64,000 nt of DNA, from assembly GCA_963975245.1 (NCBI GenBank), contig CAXBFJ010000009.1:24048-88047 (forward strand). Direction: 5' to 3'. Under the pieces are notes generated by a model that saw nothing but the letters and a program-made list of their open reading frames with translations, searched no databases and was not told the DNA's origin. The position numbers were made by a program, and so were the translations under genes. This DNA comes from an uncultured Panacagrimonas sp. GTDB taxonomy: Bacteria; Pseudomonadota; Gammaproteobacteria; Nevskiales; Nevskiaceae. This document shows, one piece after another, positions 40,006-49,880 of this stretch; positions within the stretch are counted from its first letter, which is position 1; every line of letters begins with the position of its first letter.

Positions 40006-40461
40006 ATGAGCGAACCCAAACTCGAAACCCGCTGGCTGGCCTCCCTCGTCGGGTCCATTCCCGAGCCGGTCATGCCCAGCGCAAACATGATGGTCTTCAA
40101 TGTGCTCGACGCAGAGCTCAAGAGCCCTCGGATCAATGCCAAGGCCATGGGCCCGAGCGGTGACTGGGTGCAGGTTCAGCCCAACGGAAACTGGATGCTC
40201 GACGTCAGGTTGATGATGAAAGCTGACGATGGCGAAGTGATCTACCTGTTCTACAACGGGGTCCTGAAAATGACGCCAGAGCTCGGCCAGAAAATGGCAA
40301 ATGGCGAAGAAATTCCAGGCGATCAAATGTACTTCCGCAGCGCGCCGTACTTCCGCACCCAGTCCAAGAAATACGCCTGGCTCAATGACATCCTTGCGGT
40401 TGGAAAAATGACCAGCTTTGGCGGCGGCAACGTCGTGTACGATCTCTTCGAGGTTCTGTGA
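40006..40461 (+). CDS. DUF3237-like beta-barrel protein
   Basis: GDWVQVQPNG..LDVRLMMKADDGEVIY, YFRSAPYFRT, YAWLNDILAVG, VYDLFEV. Confidence 0.8.
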   Translation: MSEPKLETRWLASLVGSIPEPVMPSANMMVFNVLDAELKSPRINAKAMGPSGDWVQVQPNGNWMLDVRLMMKADDGEVIYLFYNGVLKMTPELGQKMANGEEIPGDQMYFRSAPYFRTQSKKYAWLNDILAVGKMTSFGGGNVVYDLFEVL

Positions 40462-41915
40462 GCGGCGCGGCGCCCCAGCCGCGGATACTGATCGTCGGTG
40501 CCGGCATGTCCGGCATGCTGCTGGCGATCAAGCTGACCGAGGCGGGTCTGGATAATTACCAGATCTATGACAAGGCATCGGAGATCGGTGGCACCTGGCG
40601 CGAGAACACTTACCCAGGTGTCGCTTGTGACGTGGCCGCACACTACTACACCTACCAGGACGCTCCCAACGCAGAGTGGAACACGCGCCTCCCACAGGGG
40701 CCAGAAATCCAGCAGTACCTGCTGGGTGTCGTGGAGAAGCATCAACTACGCAAGCGCATCGCCTTCAACAAGGAAGTGGCTGATGCCCGCCACGACGGCG
40801 AACAGTGGACGGTGACCTTCAAGGATGGTCAGACGGAGCAGGCAGATTTCGTGATTGCCTGCTGCGGCCTCCTGCACCATCCCCGGTATCCGAATGTGCC
40901 GGGGCTGGAAGATTTTGCGGGAGCCAAGTTTCATTCAGCGCGTTGGGATCATTCCGTGCCGCTCGAAGGCAAGCGGGTTGGGGTTCTGGGGACGGGTTCA
41001 ACCGGTGCACAGATCATCTCCAAGCTATCCCAGCGGGAGCTGGAGCTGAAAGTATTCCAGCGCACGCCACAATGGATTTTTCCCTTGCCGGATCGCCGCT
41101 ATAACGCCGTTGACAAGGCCTTGATTCGTTACTTCCCGGGTGTTGCCAAGCTGATTCATCACACATACCGGGTGGCTTTCGAGAATCTGTTTGCCAAAGC
41201 GGTACTCAAGCCCAATTGGCAGCGTCGGTTAATGAGCTGGCTTTGCAAATGGAATCTGAACACGGTGAAGGATCCGGAGCTGCGTGCCAAACTCACGCCG
41301 GACTACCAGCCTTTATGCAAGCGTCTGGTGATGAGCATGGAGTTCTATCCTGCCATTCAGCGCAAGAATGTCGAGCTGATCGTTGAGGATATAGATCACA
41401 TCGAGGCCCGGGGCATTGTGACCAAGGACGGCAAACTGCACGAGATCGATGTGCTGGCGATGGCGACCGGATTCGATGCGCATGCCTATTTCCGACCCCT
41501 GGAACTGCACAATGCTCAAGGCCAGCGTCTCAGCGAAGTCTGGAAAGACGGGCCGTTCGCGCTGCGTACAGTGGCTGTGCCCGGGTTTCCGAATTTTTTC
41601 TTTACGCTGGGGCCGCAAAGTCCGATTGGCAATTTCTCTGCCATCAGCATTTCCGAAACGCAGATTCACTACATCATGGAGTGCATCAAGCTGCATCGCG
41701 ATGGAAAGGTCAAAACCCTCCATCCCAAGATGCAGGCAACGGACAAGTTCAACGCATTTGTTCGTGCTGCCATGCCGGACACGATCTGGGTGACGGGTTG
41801 CACCAATTGGTACATGAGCAAGAACGGCGTTCCCTCCGCCTGGCCCTACAGCGGTGCGCGCTTCCGCAAGGAGCTGCGTGCGCCGGACCTGTCGGAGTTT
41901 GAAGTCACGACCTGA
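40458..41915 (+). CDS. flavin-containing/Baeyer-Villiger monooxygenase
   Basis: VGAGMSG, GGTWRENTYPGVACD, FAGAKFHSARWD, GTGSTG, ATGF; GTGA overlap with the upstream gene. Confidence 0.92.
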   Translation: MSGAAPQPRILIVGAGMSGMLLAIKLTEAGLDNYQIYDKASEIGGTWRENTYPGVACDVAAHYYTYQDAPNAEWNTRLPQGPEIQQYLLGVVEKHQLRKRIAFNKEVADARHDGEQWTVTFKDGQTEQADFVIACCGLLHHPRYPNVPGLEDFAGAKFHSARWDHSVPLEGKRVGVLGTGSTGAQIISKLSQRELELKVFQRTPQWIFPLPDRRYNAVDKALIRYFPGVAKLIHHTYRVAFENLFAKAVLKPNWQRRLMSWLCKWNLNTVKDPELRAKLTPDYQPLCKRLVMSMEFYPAIQRKNVELIVEDIDHIEARGIVTKDGKLHEIDVLAMATGFDAHAYFRPLELHNAQGQRLSEVWKDGPFALRTVAVPGFPNFFFTLGPQSPIGNFSAISISETQIHYIMECIKLHRDGKVKTLHPKMQATDKFNAFVRAAMPDTIWVTGCTNWYMSKNGVPSAWPYSGARFRKELRAPDLSEFEVTT

Positions 41916-41954
41916 GCTGGCGCTGGCCGCCGGATCTTTCTAACTGGAGTCAAC

Positions 41955-42980
41955 ATGAAAAACCAACGCGTGGTGTTGGCCAGTCGCCCTGTCGACGCGC
42001 CAACGCCAGAAAACTTTCGTCTTGAAGAAGTCCCGGTGCGCGAGCTCGAGGACGGAGAGGTATTGATCAAGACCTTGTATCTATCCCTTGATCCCTACAT
42101 GCGCATGCGCATGAATGATGGTGACTCCTATGCCGATCCGGTCAAGATTGGCGAAGAAATGTTTGGCGGCATGGTGGGCAGAATCCTCAAGTCGCGCCGC
42201 AAAGGATTCTCCGAAGGAGACCTGGTCACTGGCTATACCGGCTGGCAAAGCCTGGCCATCACCAGCGATCCAACGCTCGCCAGGTTGCCCAGCGATATGG
42301 CACAGCCCTCTCTGGCGCTGAGCCTGCTCGGCATGCCCGGCTTTACCGCGCATTACGGGCTCTTGAAACTGGGCAAGCCCAAGGCCGGCGAAACCGTCGT
42401 CGTTGGTGCAGCCACCGGTGCAGTGGGAACCGTGGTCGGCCAGATCGCCAAGCTCAAGGGTTGCCGGGTTGTGGGTATTGCCGGAGGCAGCGAGAAGTGC
42501 GCATTTGCAGTCGACAGCCTTGGCTTTGACGCGTGCATCGATCACCGCTCCCCCGACTTCCGGAAAGACTTGAAAGCAGCCTGTCCGGACGGCGTTGATG
42601 TCTACTTCGAGAACGTCGGCGGTGATGTGCTGCGCGCCGTGCTCCCGCTGCTCAATGAGTTTGCACGTGTGCCTCTTTGCGGCGTGATCGCATGGTACGA
42701 CGGCGAGAAGAGCGGCAAGCCGGTGCTCGCTGCTGAGGTGATGACCACAATGCTGGTCAAGCGTATTGAAATGACCGGATTCGTGATCCTTGATCAGTAC
42801 GCTGATCATTACGCCGAATTCGCGCGTGACATGCAGGGCTGGGTCGCCAGCGGAAAAATGACGATTCGTGAAGATGTTGTCGAAGGCCTAGCCAATGCGC
42901 CCGAGGCGTTCATAGGTCTTCTGAAAGGAAAGAACTTTGGAAAGTTAGTCGTGCGCGTTGCAAGCGACGACGGCATCTGA
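41955..42980 (+). CDS. NADP-dependent alkenal/one (ene) reductase, MDR family
   Basis: YLSLDPYMR, LGMPGFTAHYG, AATGAVG, DVYFENVGG. Confidence 0.9.
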   Translation: MKNQRVVLASRPVDAPTPENFRLEEVPVRELEDGEVLIKTLYLSLDPYMRMRMNDGDSYADPVKIGEEMFGGMVGRILKSRRKGFSEGDLVTGYTGWQSLAITSDPTLARLPSDMAQPSLALSLLGMPGFTAHYGLLKLGKPKAGETVVVGAATGAVGTVVGQIAKLKGCRVVGIAGGSEKCAFAVDSLGFDACIDHRSPDFRKDLKAACPDGVDVYFENVGGDVLRAVLPLLNEFARVPLCGVIAWYDGEKSGKPVLAAEVMTTMLVKRIEMTGFVILDQYADHYAEFARDMQGWVASGKMTIREDVVEGLANAPEAFIGLLKGKNFGKLVVRVASDDGI

Positions 42981-43001
42981 AGCAGATCTAAGAGGCTGAA
43001 T

Positions 43002-43331
43002 ATGAGTACCTGTCAAATCACATTTATCGAGCACGATGGCGAGTCGCGTGTGGTCCAGGCACAGGAGGGACAAACCCTGATGCAGGCTGCAATTGATAAC
43101 GGCGTGACTGGCATCGTCGCCGAATGCGGTGGTGCCCGCGTCTGCGGTACCTGCCACTGCTACCTTGACGAGCCCTGGCTCAGCGCATCTGGAGAGCAGG
43201 AGGAAGACGAGAAAATGCTGGTTGAATTTTCTGAAAACTATCGCCAGGAGAGCAGCCGCCTGAGCTGCCAGATCGAGGTCAGCAAGGCGCTCGATGGCAT
43301 GGTCGTCAAACTGCCGGTGTCACAGCCATGA
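43002..43331 (+). CDS. 2Fe-2S ferredoxin, putidaredoxin type
   Basis: CGGARVCGTCH ... SRLSCQ (C-x5-C-x2-C-xn-C). Confidence 0.93.
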   Translation: MSTCQITFIEHDGESRVVQAQEGQTLMQAAIDNGVTGIVAECGGARVCGTCHCYLDEPWLSASGEQEEDEKMLVEFSENYRQESSRLSCQIEVSKALDGMVVKLPVSQP

Positions 43332-45154
43332 GCAATGATTCCCTGCTGTTATCACGACGCGACCTGGAATTCATGCTCTACGAATGGCTCGATGTAGAGT
43401 CGCTGACCCAAGCGGCCCGTTTCGAGGATCACTCAAGAGAAACGTTCGACACGGTGCTCGACACCTACGAGCGAATTGCTGTCGACCTGTTTGAGCCTCA
43501 CTACCAGAAGTCCGATCGTGAGGAGCCGGCGTTCGTCGAAGGCAAGGCCAAACTGATTCCGGAGATTTCGACCGCGCTGAAAGCGGTAGCGGAGTCGGGC
43601 CTGATGGCGGCCGGGCACGACTATGATCGTGGTGGCATGCAGTTGCCTTCGATCATCGAACGCACCGGCATGGCTTATCTGCAGGCCGCCAACGTAGGCA
43701 CCGCCGCGTACCCATTCCTCAGCATTGCAAATGCCAATTTGTTAGCCGCATTGGCCAGCGAAGCGCAGATCAAGCGCTTCGCAGAGCCGACGCTGAGAGG
43801 CGAGTTCTTCGGAACCATGTGTCTGTCCGAGCCACAGGCGGGTTCATCACTGTCAGACATCAAGACGCGCGCAGAATTTGAGTGTGAGTCCGAGTTAGGG
43901 CCGCAGTACCGCATCACCGGTAACAAGATGTGGATCTCTGCTGGTGAGCACGAGATTACGCGCAACATTGTGCATCTGGTGCTGGCCCGAGAGGTGGCTC
44001 AGGACGGCAGCTCCGTGCCTGGCGTCAAGGGTCTTTCCCTGTACATCGTGCCGAAATTCCTCGTCAATGAAAGCGGCAGCAACGGTGAACGCAATGACGT
44101 TGTGCTGGGCGGCCTGAATCACAAGATGGGTTATCGCGGCACCACCAATTGCCTGCTCAACTTCGGCGAAGGCCGCGAGCATCAGCCCGGCGGACGAGGT
44201 GGCGCGGTTGGCTATCGCATTGGTGAGGCCGGCAAGGGCATGGCCTACATGTTCCACATGATGAACGAGGCGCGTATTGGCGTGGGTCTTGGTGCTACGG
44301 CGCTGGGCTACACCGGCTACCTGCATTCGCTCAAATACGCGCGGGAACGGCCGCAGGGTAGAAGCGTCAAGGACCCGAGCACGCCGCAGCAGGCGATCTC
44401 GGAACATGCAGACGTCAAGCGCATGATCCTGGCACAGAAGGTCTACGCCGAAGGCTCGATGGCGCTGAACATGTACTGCTCTCTGCTGATCGATCAGATG
44501 ACGGTATGCGACGATGAGGCGCAGAACCAGCAGATGCATCTGTTGCTTGAGATTCTGACCCCGATTGCCAAGAGCTGGCCCTCACAGTGGTGCGTGGTCG
44601 GCAACGACATGGCCATCCAGATTCACGGCGGCTACGGCTATACCCGTGAGTTCAAGGTTGAGCAGTTCTATCGCGATAATCGCCTCAATCCGATTCATGA
44701 AGGGACGCATGGCATTCAAGGCCTGGACCTGTTGGGTCGCAAGGTGGTGATGAGCAATGGCGCGGCCCTGAAGATTCTCAGTGAGCGAATACAGCAGACC
44801 ATCGCGCGGGCCGCTCAGTCTTCACGCCACGAGCAGATGGCGCAGTCCGCCATCCTGTCCGAGAAACTGCAGCAGCTTGGCGAAGCCACCCAGACCCTGC
44901 TTGGATGCGCAGACATCTCCGCAAGGTTGGCCAATGCCACTGCCTACCTCGAGGCGTTCGGGCACATCGTGCTGGCCTGGATATGGCTCGAACAGGCGCT
45001 TGCCTGCGGTGAATCAGACGGTGATTTCCATGCTGCCAAGCGCAACGCCTGCAAGTTCTTCTTTACCTACGAACTGCCGCGCGTTGAACCTCAGCTGGCG
45101 CTGCTCAAGACCCTGGATCGAACCACGCTGGACACACCGGACAACTGGCTATGA
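43328..45154 (+). CDS. acyl-CoA dehydrogenase (long form)
   Basis: MCLSEPQAGSSL, GNKMWIS, MFHMMNEARIG, QIHGGYGY, IHEGTHGIQ. Confidence 0.93.
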   Translation: MSNDSLLLSRRDLEFMLYEWLDVESLTQAARFEDHSRETFDTVLDTYERIAVDLFEPHYQKSDREEPAFVEGKAKLIPEISTALKAVAESGLMAAGHDYDRGGMQLPSIIERTGMAYLQAANVGTAAYPFLSIANANLLAALASEAQIKRFAEPTLRGEFFGTMCLSEPQAGSSLSDIKTRAEFECESELGPQYRITGNKMWISAGEHEITRNIVHLVLAREVAQDGSSVPGVKGLSLYIVPKFLVNESGSNGERNDVVLGGLNHKMGYRGTTNCLLNFGEGREHQPGGRGGAVGYRIGEAGKGMAYMFHMMNEARIGVGLGATALGYTGYLHSLKYARERPQGRSVKDPSTPQQAISEHADVKRMILAQKVYAEGSMALNMYCSLLIDQMTVCDDEAQNQQMHLLLEILTPIAKSWPSQWCVVGNDMAIQIHGGYGYTREFKVEQFYRDNRLNPIHEGTHGIQGLDLLGRKVVMSNGAALKILSERIQQTIARAAQSSRHEQMAQSAILSEKLQQLGEATQTLLGCADISARLANATAYLEAFGHIVLAWIWLEQALACGESDGDFHAAKRNACKFFFTYELPRVEPQLALLKTLDRTTLDTPDNWL

Positions 45155-45939
45155 ATGCACAGACATTGGCTTCTCCGTTTGATCTGCGCGGACGAACCGC
45201 ACTGGTAACGGGTGGCTCGCGAAATCTCGGCCTGCAGATGGCCAAGGCGCTCGGTTTGCAGGGTGCGCGCGTCATCATTACAGCGCGAAAGCAGGCCGAA
45301 CTTGAATCAGCCACCGCAGAGCTCATCCACCTCGGCATCGAGGCCAGCTGGATTGCAGCAGATGTCTCCAAGGAGGATGAAATCAACCGTCTTTCCGAGC
45401 AGGCGCTGAAGCAAGCCGGTGAAGTGCACATCCTGGTCAATAACGCTGGAAACACCTGGGGTGCCCCAGCTGAAGATTATCCGGTGGAAGGTTGGGACCG
45501 AGTGTTCAACCTCAACGTTCGCGGTCAGTTCCCGCTGACGCGAAACCTCGCCAAGCAATCCATGATTCCTGGCCGTTACGGACGCATCATCAACATCGCG
45601 TCGGTGGGCGGACTGCAGGGCACGATGCCCGATGTCATGCAGGCCATTGCCTACAACAGCAGCAAGGGCGCGCTGATCAACTTCACACGTGCGCTGGCAG
45701 CCGAGTGGGGGCACTACGGCATTACCGTCAATGCCTTGGCGCCCGGATTCTTCCCGTCCAATCTCACCAATGGATTGATTGATGCGGTTGGCAATGAGCG
45801 CATGACAGCCAATGTTCCAATGGGCCGACTCGGCGGTGATGAAGATCTGATCGGACCTGTTCTGATGTTTGCATCCGAAGCGGGGCGCTATGTCACGGGA
45901 CAGATTCTGGCAGTTGATGGCGGTGCATCTATCGTCTGA
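45151..45939 (+). CDS. short-chain dehydrogenase/reductase
   Basis: TGGSRNLG, LVNNAG, YNSSKGA, NALAPG. Confidence 0.93.
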   Translation: MNAQTLASPFDLRGRTALVTGGSRNLGLQMAKALGLQGARVIITARKQAELESATAELIHLGIEASWIAADVSKEDEINRLSEQALKQAGEVHILVNNAGNTWGAPAEDYPVEGWDRVFNLNVRGQFPLTRNLAKQSMIPGRYGRIINIASVGGLQGTMPDVMQAIAYNSSKGALINFTRALAAEWGHYGITVNALAPGFFPSNLTNGLIDAVGNERMTANVPMGRLGGDEDLIGPVLMFASEAGRYVTGQILAVDGGASIV

Positions 45940-45999
45940 ACGTTGATCAACAGCGGCGCGAAGAGCATCGCGTTCTGGTGCAGGAAAGGGGAAAGATTC

Positions 46000-46533
46000 A
46001 TGGAAGCTTTTGCAACATCGGAAAGACGTGCAGATGAGCTGACGCATCGCGATGCCTCTGCGCGCTCACAAGTCGCCGCCGAGCCTGCCAAAGCCAGGAC
46101 TTCGCAAGGCAAGGCGCGGCCCTGGCAGTATCGGCGCGACGAGTCACGAGGGCGCGAATCCGTTTCGAGTCTGGCCATGGCCTGTAAGCGCTCGGGCCAT
46201 GAAGACGGCGCCATGGATGGTGTCTCCGACCCGGCTGCACCAGACGGAATGATGCATTCCGATCCTGCCAGGAACGATGGCCTTGCCGAGCCTCTGAGTC
46301 CGCGTGAACTGGAAGTGCTGGTGGCCATTTGCGAAGGTGAATCCAATCGCGAGATCGCGAGCAAGTTGGCTATCCGGGTTGGAACAGTGAAATACCACAC
46401 TGCCCATATTTTCGGAAAGCTGGGTGTCTTGCGTCGCACTCAGGCGGTGGCTGTAGCGATCTATCTGGGACTGGTCCGGCCTGAATGGCCACGCCTGCGC
46501 CCGGTGGCATGCCGCCAGGATCATCTGGAGTGA
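46000..46533 (+). CDS. LuxR-type HTH regulator without a recognisable sensor domain
   Basis: EPLSPRELEVL..GESNREIA..TVKYH..IFGKLGV..RTQAV; N-terminal ~95 aa look low-complexity. Confidence 0.75.
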   Translation: MEAFATSERRADELTHRDASARSQVAAEPAKARTSQGKARPWQYRRDESRGRESVSSLAMACKRSGHEDGAMDGVSDPAAPDGMMHSDPARNDGLAEPLSPRELEVLVAICEGESNREIASKLAIRVGTVKYHTAHIFGKLGVLRRTQAVAVAIYLGLVRPEWPRLRPVACRQDHLE

Positions 46534-46569
46534 TGCGTCCCTGAATTGCTTGCGTGAAGAGAAAGCCGT

Positions 46570-47400
46570 ATGACTGTCGTGCAACTTTCTGACAAGAAGT
46601 CTGAGCCAGAAATTGGCAGTCGCGCCGAGCTTGAGAAGCTTTCCGCGCCATCGCTCGCCTTGCAGCTCAGGGACGGACCGAGTGCAACCCTGTCGTGGTT
46701 GATATCGCAGACATCACTGAACTTCGCACCCGGTCTTTTTGACAAATGGCCACGCGGTGACGGGCATCCAGTGCTGGTCGTGCCAGGCTTTCTCGCCGGC
46801 CGTGCCTCCACGCAGGTGTTGCGACGTTTTCTTCGACGACAGGGCTATTTCGTTCATGACTGGCATGGTGGCCGCAATCTCGGCATTCGTCATGGGATGA
46901 TCGACAGACTGGCGGGACGATTGCGCGAGATCCACGCGCAACACCAGCGCCGGATTTCCATCGTCGGGTGGAGTGCAGGGGGCATTTACGCACGCGAACT
47001 GGCGCGCCGACACCCCGAACTCGTGCGCTGCGTCATCACACTGGGCAGTCCGATTCGCGGCAATCCGAAGGCAGCATCAATCTGGTGGCTGTATTCAATG
47101 CTCAATACGCGCACGCCGCAACAACGCGCTGCGCTCGAGCCGGAGGCTCGCCGCCTGACCGAGCAGCCTCTGCAAGTGCCGACCAGCTGCCTGTTCAGTC
47201 GCGCCGATGGTGTCGTTGCCTGGCAACGGTGTACGAGCCTGCCGGGGCCAAGAACCGAAAACATCGAGGTGCAGGCGACGCATCTTGGACTGGGCAACAG
47301 CCTGGAAACCCTTTTCGTAATCGCTGATCGACTGGCGCAAGAGGAAGGTTCCTGGCGTGCCTTTTCACCCTCACCAGATGATCGTCCCAATCCAGACTGA
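46570..47400 (+). CDS. alpha/beta-fold lipase/esterase-like hydrolase
   Basis: VLVVPGF, GWSAGG nucleophile, TLGSP, DGVVAW, HLGLG. Confidence 0.85.
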   Translation: MTVVQLSDKKSEPEIGSRAELEKLSAPSLALQLRDGPSATLSWLISQTSLNFAPGLFDKWPRGDGHPVLVVPGFLAGRASTQVLRRFLRRQGYFVHDWHGGRNLGIRHGMIDRLAGRLREIHAQHQRRISIVGWSAGGIYARELARRHPELVRCVITLGSPIRGNPKAASIWWLYSMLNTRTPQQRAALEPEARRLTEQPLQVPTSCLFSRADGVVAWQRCTSLPGPRTENIEVQATHLGLGNSLETLFVIADRLAQEEGSWRAFSPSPDDRPNPD

Positions 47401-47409
47401 GACTCCAAT

Positions 47410-48810
47410 ATGAACACCGCCCGCATCAGCGCTTTTGACTCGCTATTCCTGCTGGGAGAATCGCGGCAAATCATGATGCATGTAGCGGGCATGATGATCT
47501 TTGAGCTTCCCGAAGGCGCATCTCCGGATTATCTGCGTCAGCTTGGGCAGCGGATGAAGGACAGTGCGGCGCTCTTTCCACCCTGGAATCGGCGCCCGAC
47601 AATGCCTGATGCCTTGTGGAATCCAAGGAATCGCTGGAAAGAAGAAGCCGACGTGGACATGGACTACCACGTGCGTCGTCTGGCCCTGCCAGCACCCGGG
47701 GATGAACGCGAACTCGGCGTGCTGATTTCGCGCCTGCACAGCAATCCACTCGACTTTTCGCGTCCGCTGTGGGAGGTGTATGTCATCGAGGGCCTTGAGC
47801 GAAACCGCTTCGCGATTTACACCAAGGTTCATCACGCGCTCATGGATGGATACACCGCCGTGCGATCCATGTCCCGTGCACTGGCCAGCACCCCGGAAGA
47901 ACCAGCGCGTCCATTTTTCTTTTCCGAGCCGCCTGAGCGGCGACCGACTCCGAACTACCCCGCGATCAAGTTCAATATCGGCCGCATGAGCAAAGCGCCG
48001 GTCGAGCAGGTCCAGTCGACTTATCACGCCGCTTCCGCTTTGGCGCGCTTCTGGCAGCGCGATCGAAGCGAAGCGAACAAGGATCTGGTGTCCTCATGGG
48101 AGGCGCCGATGACCATCCTGAATCAGCGTATTGGCCGCAATCGGCGTTATGCCACCCAGCAGATTGCATTGGCGGATGCCAAGGCTCTGGCAAAGCAAAA
48201 CGGCGGCACGCTCAACGACGTCGTTATCGCGCTCTGTGCAGGCGGCCTGCGTCGCTATCTGATGGAGTTCGGCGACCTGCCGGAAAAACCTCTGGTGGCC
48301 ATGGTCCCCGTCAATATCCGGCCCAAGGATGACCCGGGGGGCGGTAACGCGGTTGGCACCATTCTCGTATCCATGGCCACGCATCTTGAAGATCCTGCTG
48401 AGCGCCTGCGCGCCATCATTGCGTCGAGTCGCGCGGCCAAGGCGCAGCTCGAAGGCATGTCCACCAGCGCGATCATGCAGTACAGCAGCTTGCTGATGGC
48501 CCCATTCGGTGCGCAGGCAGCGCTCGCTTACATGGGCGTTCGAGCGCCGATTCCATTGGCCTTCAACCTGATCATTTCCAATGTCCGCGGTTCGAACGAG
48601 CCGCAGTACCTCGACGGCGCCCGCGTCGAAGCCGTCTATCCGGTTTCCATTCCGACCCACGGGACCGCGCTCAACATCACGGTGCAGAGTCATGTTGAGA
48701 GCCTCAATTTCGGATTCGTGGGATGCCGGGACACTGTGCCCAGTTTGCAGAAGCTGGCCGTATTTACCGGTCAGGAAATGCGGGCATTGCAGCAGGCGCC
48801 AGTGTCCTGA
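47410..48810 (+). CDS. wax ester synthase/diacylglycerol acyltransferase (WS/DGAT)
   Basis: HHALMDG catalytic motif, PLDFSRPLWE, TLNDVV, FNLIISNV. Confidence 0.95.
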   Translation: MNTARISAFDSLFLLGESRQIMMHVAGMMIFELPEGASPDYLRQLGQRMKDSAALFPPWNRRPTMPDALWNPRNRWKEEADVDMDYHVRRLALPAPGDERELGVLISRLHSNPLDFSRPLWEVYVIEGLERNRFAIYTKVHHALMDGYTAVRSMSRALASTPEEPARPFFFSEPPERRPTPNYPAIKFNIGRMSKAPVEQVQSTYHAASALARFWQRDRSEANKDLVSSWEAPMTILNQRIGRNRRYATQQIALADAKALAKQNGGTLNDVVIALCAGGLRRYLMEFGDLPEKPLVAMVPVNIRPKDDPGGGNAVGTILVSMATHLEDPAERLRAIIASSRAAKAQLEGMSTSAIMQYSSLLMAPFGAQAALAYMGVRAPIPLAFNLIISNVRGSNEPQYLDGARVEAVYPVSIPTHGTALNITVQSHVESLNFGFVGCRDTVPSLQKLAVFTGQEMRALQQAPVS

Positions 48811-48872
48811 AAGAAAGCTTGCCAGCGGTGATCCCTGATCAAAGCCGCGCCCACAACAACAGGAGAATTTGA

Positions 48873-49880
48873 ATGAAAGCTGTTCGCGTCATGCAACCCG
48901 CCGGTCTGGACAATCTGCGGCTGGTCGAGATGGATAAACCCAGTCCGGGTCGCGGAGAAATTCTGGTCAAGGCGGCAGCCAGTTCGCTGAACTATCACGA
49001 TTACGTCGTCGTCGTTGGCGGCCGGCCTGCCGAAGACGGTCGGATTCCCATGTCTGACATGGCCGGTGAAGTGGTCGAGGTAGGCGAGGGTGTCTCCGAG
49101 TTCAAGGTGGGCGACAAGGTGATGAGCATGGTGTTTCCCACTTGGTTGTCGGGCGAACCCACGGACGCCAACACCTGGGGCTGTATAGCCGGAGACACGG
49201 TGGATGGTTCGGCTAGCGAGTTTGTCTGTGGGCTGGAAGCCGCGTTTACGCGAATCCCGCGTGGTTACAGTCTTGAGCAGGCTGCAACATTGCCGTGCGC
49301 CGCTTTGACGGCCTGGCGAGCGTTGTTTGTAGAGGGCCAACTGCAGTCTGGCGAGACGGTGCTGATACAGGGGACGGGCGGCGTTTCGATATTTGCACTG
49401 CAAATGGTCAAGGCCGCCGGCGGCATTGCCATCGTCACCTCTTCTTCGGATGAAAAGCTCGAAAAGGCGCGTGCACTGGGCGCAGACCACCTGATCAATT
49501 ACAAGAAGAACCCCCAATGGGGCGAGGCTGCGGCCAAACTCTGCGAACGCGACGGGGTAGATCACGTGCTCGAACTTGGCGGCCCCGGTACGCTGGATCA
49601 ATCCATCGCCGCCTGCCGCACACGCGGTCATATTTCGCTAATCGGCATTCTCACAGGCTGGAAAGGCGAGGTTTCTACTGCCGCCATGATGATGAAACAG
49701 CAGCGCATGATCGGCATTACCGTGGCGTGTCGCGAAGACCAGCAGGCCATGGTTCGCGGCATTGAAAGCACCGGCATCATGCCGGTCATCGACCGCAGTT
49801 TTGCGCTGGACGAAATTGCCGAGGCTTTCCGTTATCAGGAAAGCCAGAAGCACTTTGGAAAAATCGTTCTGCGTTACTAG
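48873..49880 (+). CDS. MDR-family NAD(P)-dependent oxidoreductase (quinone-reductase/ADH-like)
   Basis: SLNYHD, LPCAALTAW, QGTGGVS, HFGKIV. Confidence 0.88.
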   Translation: MKAVRVMQPAGLDNLRLVEMDKPSPGRGEILVKAAASSLNYHDYVVVVGGRPAEDGRIPMSDMAGEVVEVGEGVSEFKVGDKVMSMVFPTWLSGEPTDANTWGCIAGDTVDGSASEFVCGLEAAFTRIPRGYSLEQAATLPCAALTAWRALFVEGQLQSGETVLIQGTGGVSIFALQMVKAAGGIAIVTSSSDEKLEKARALGADHLINYKKNPQWGEAAAKLCERDGVDHVLELGGPGTLDQSIAACRTRGHISLIGILTGWKGEVSTAAMMMKQQRMIGITVACREDQQAMVRGIESTGIMPVIDRSFALDEIAEAFRYQESQKHFGKIVLRY

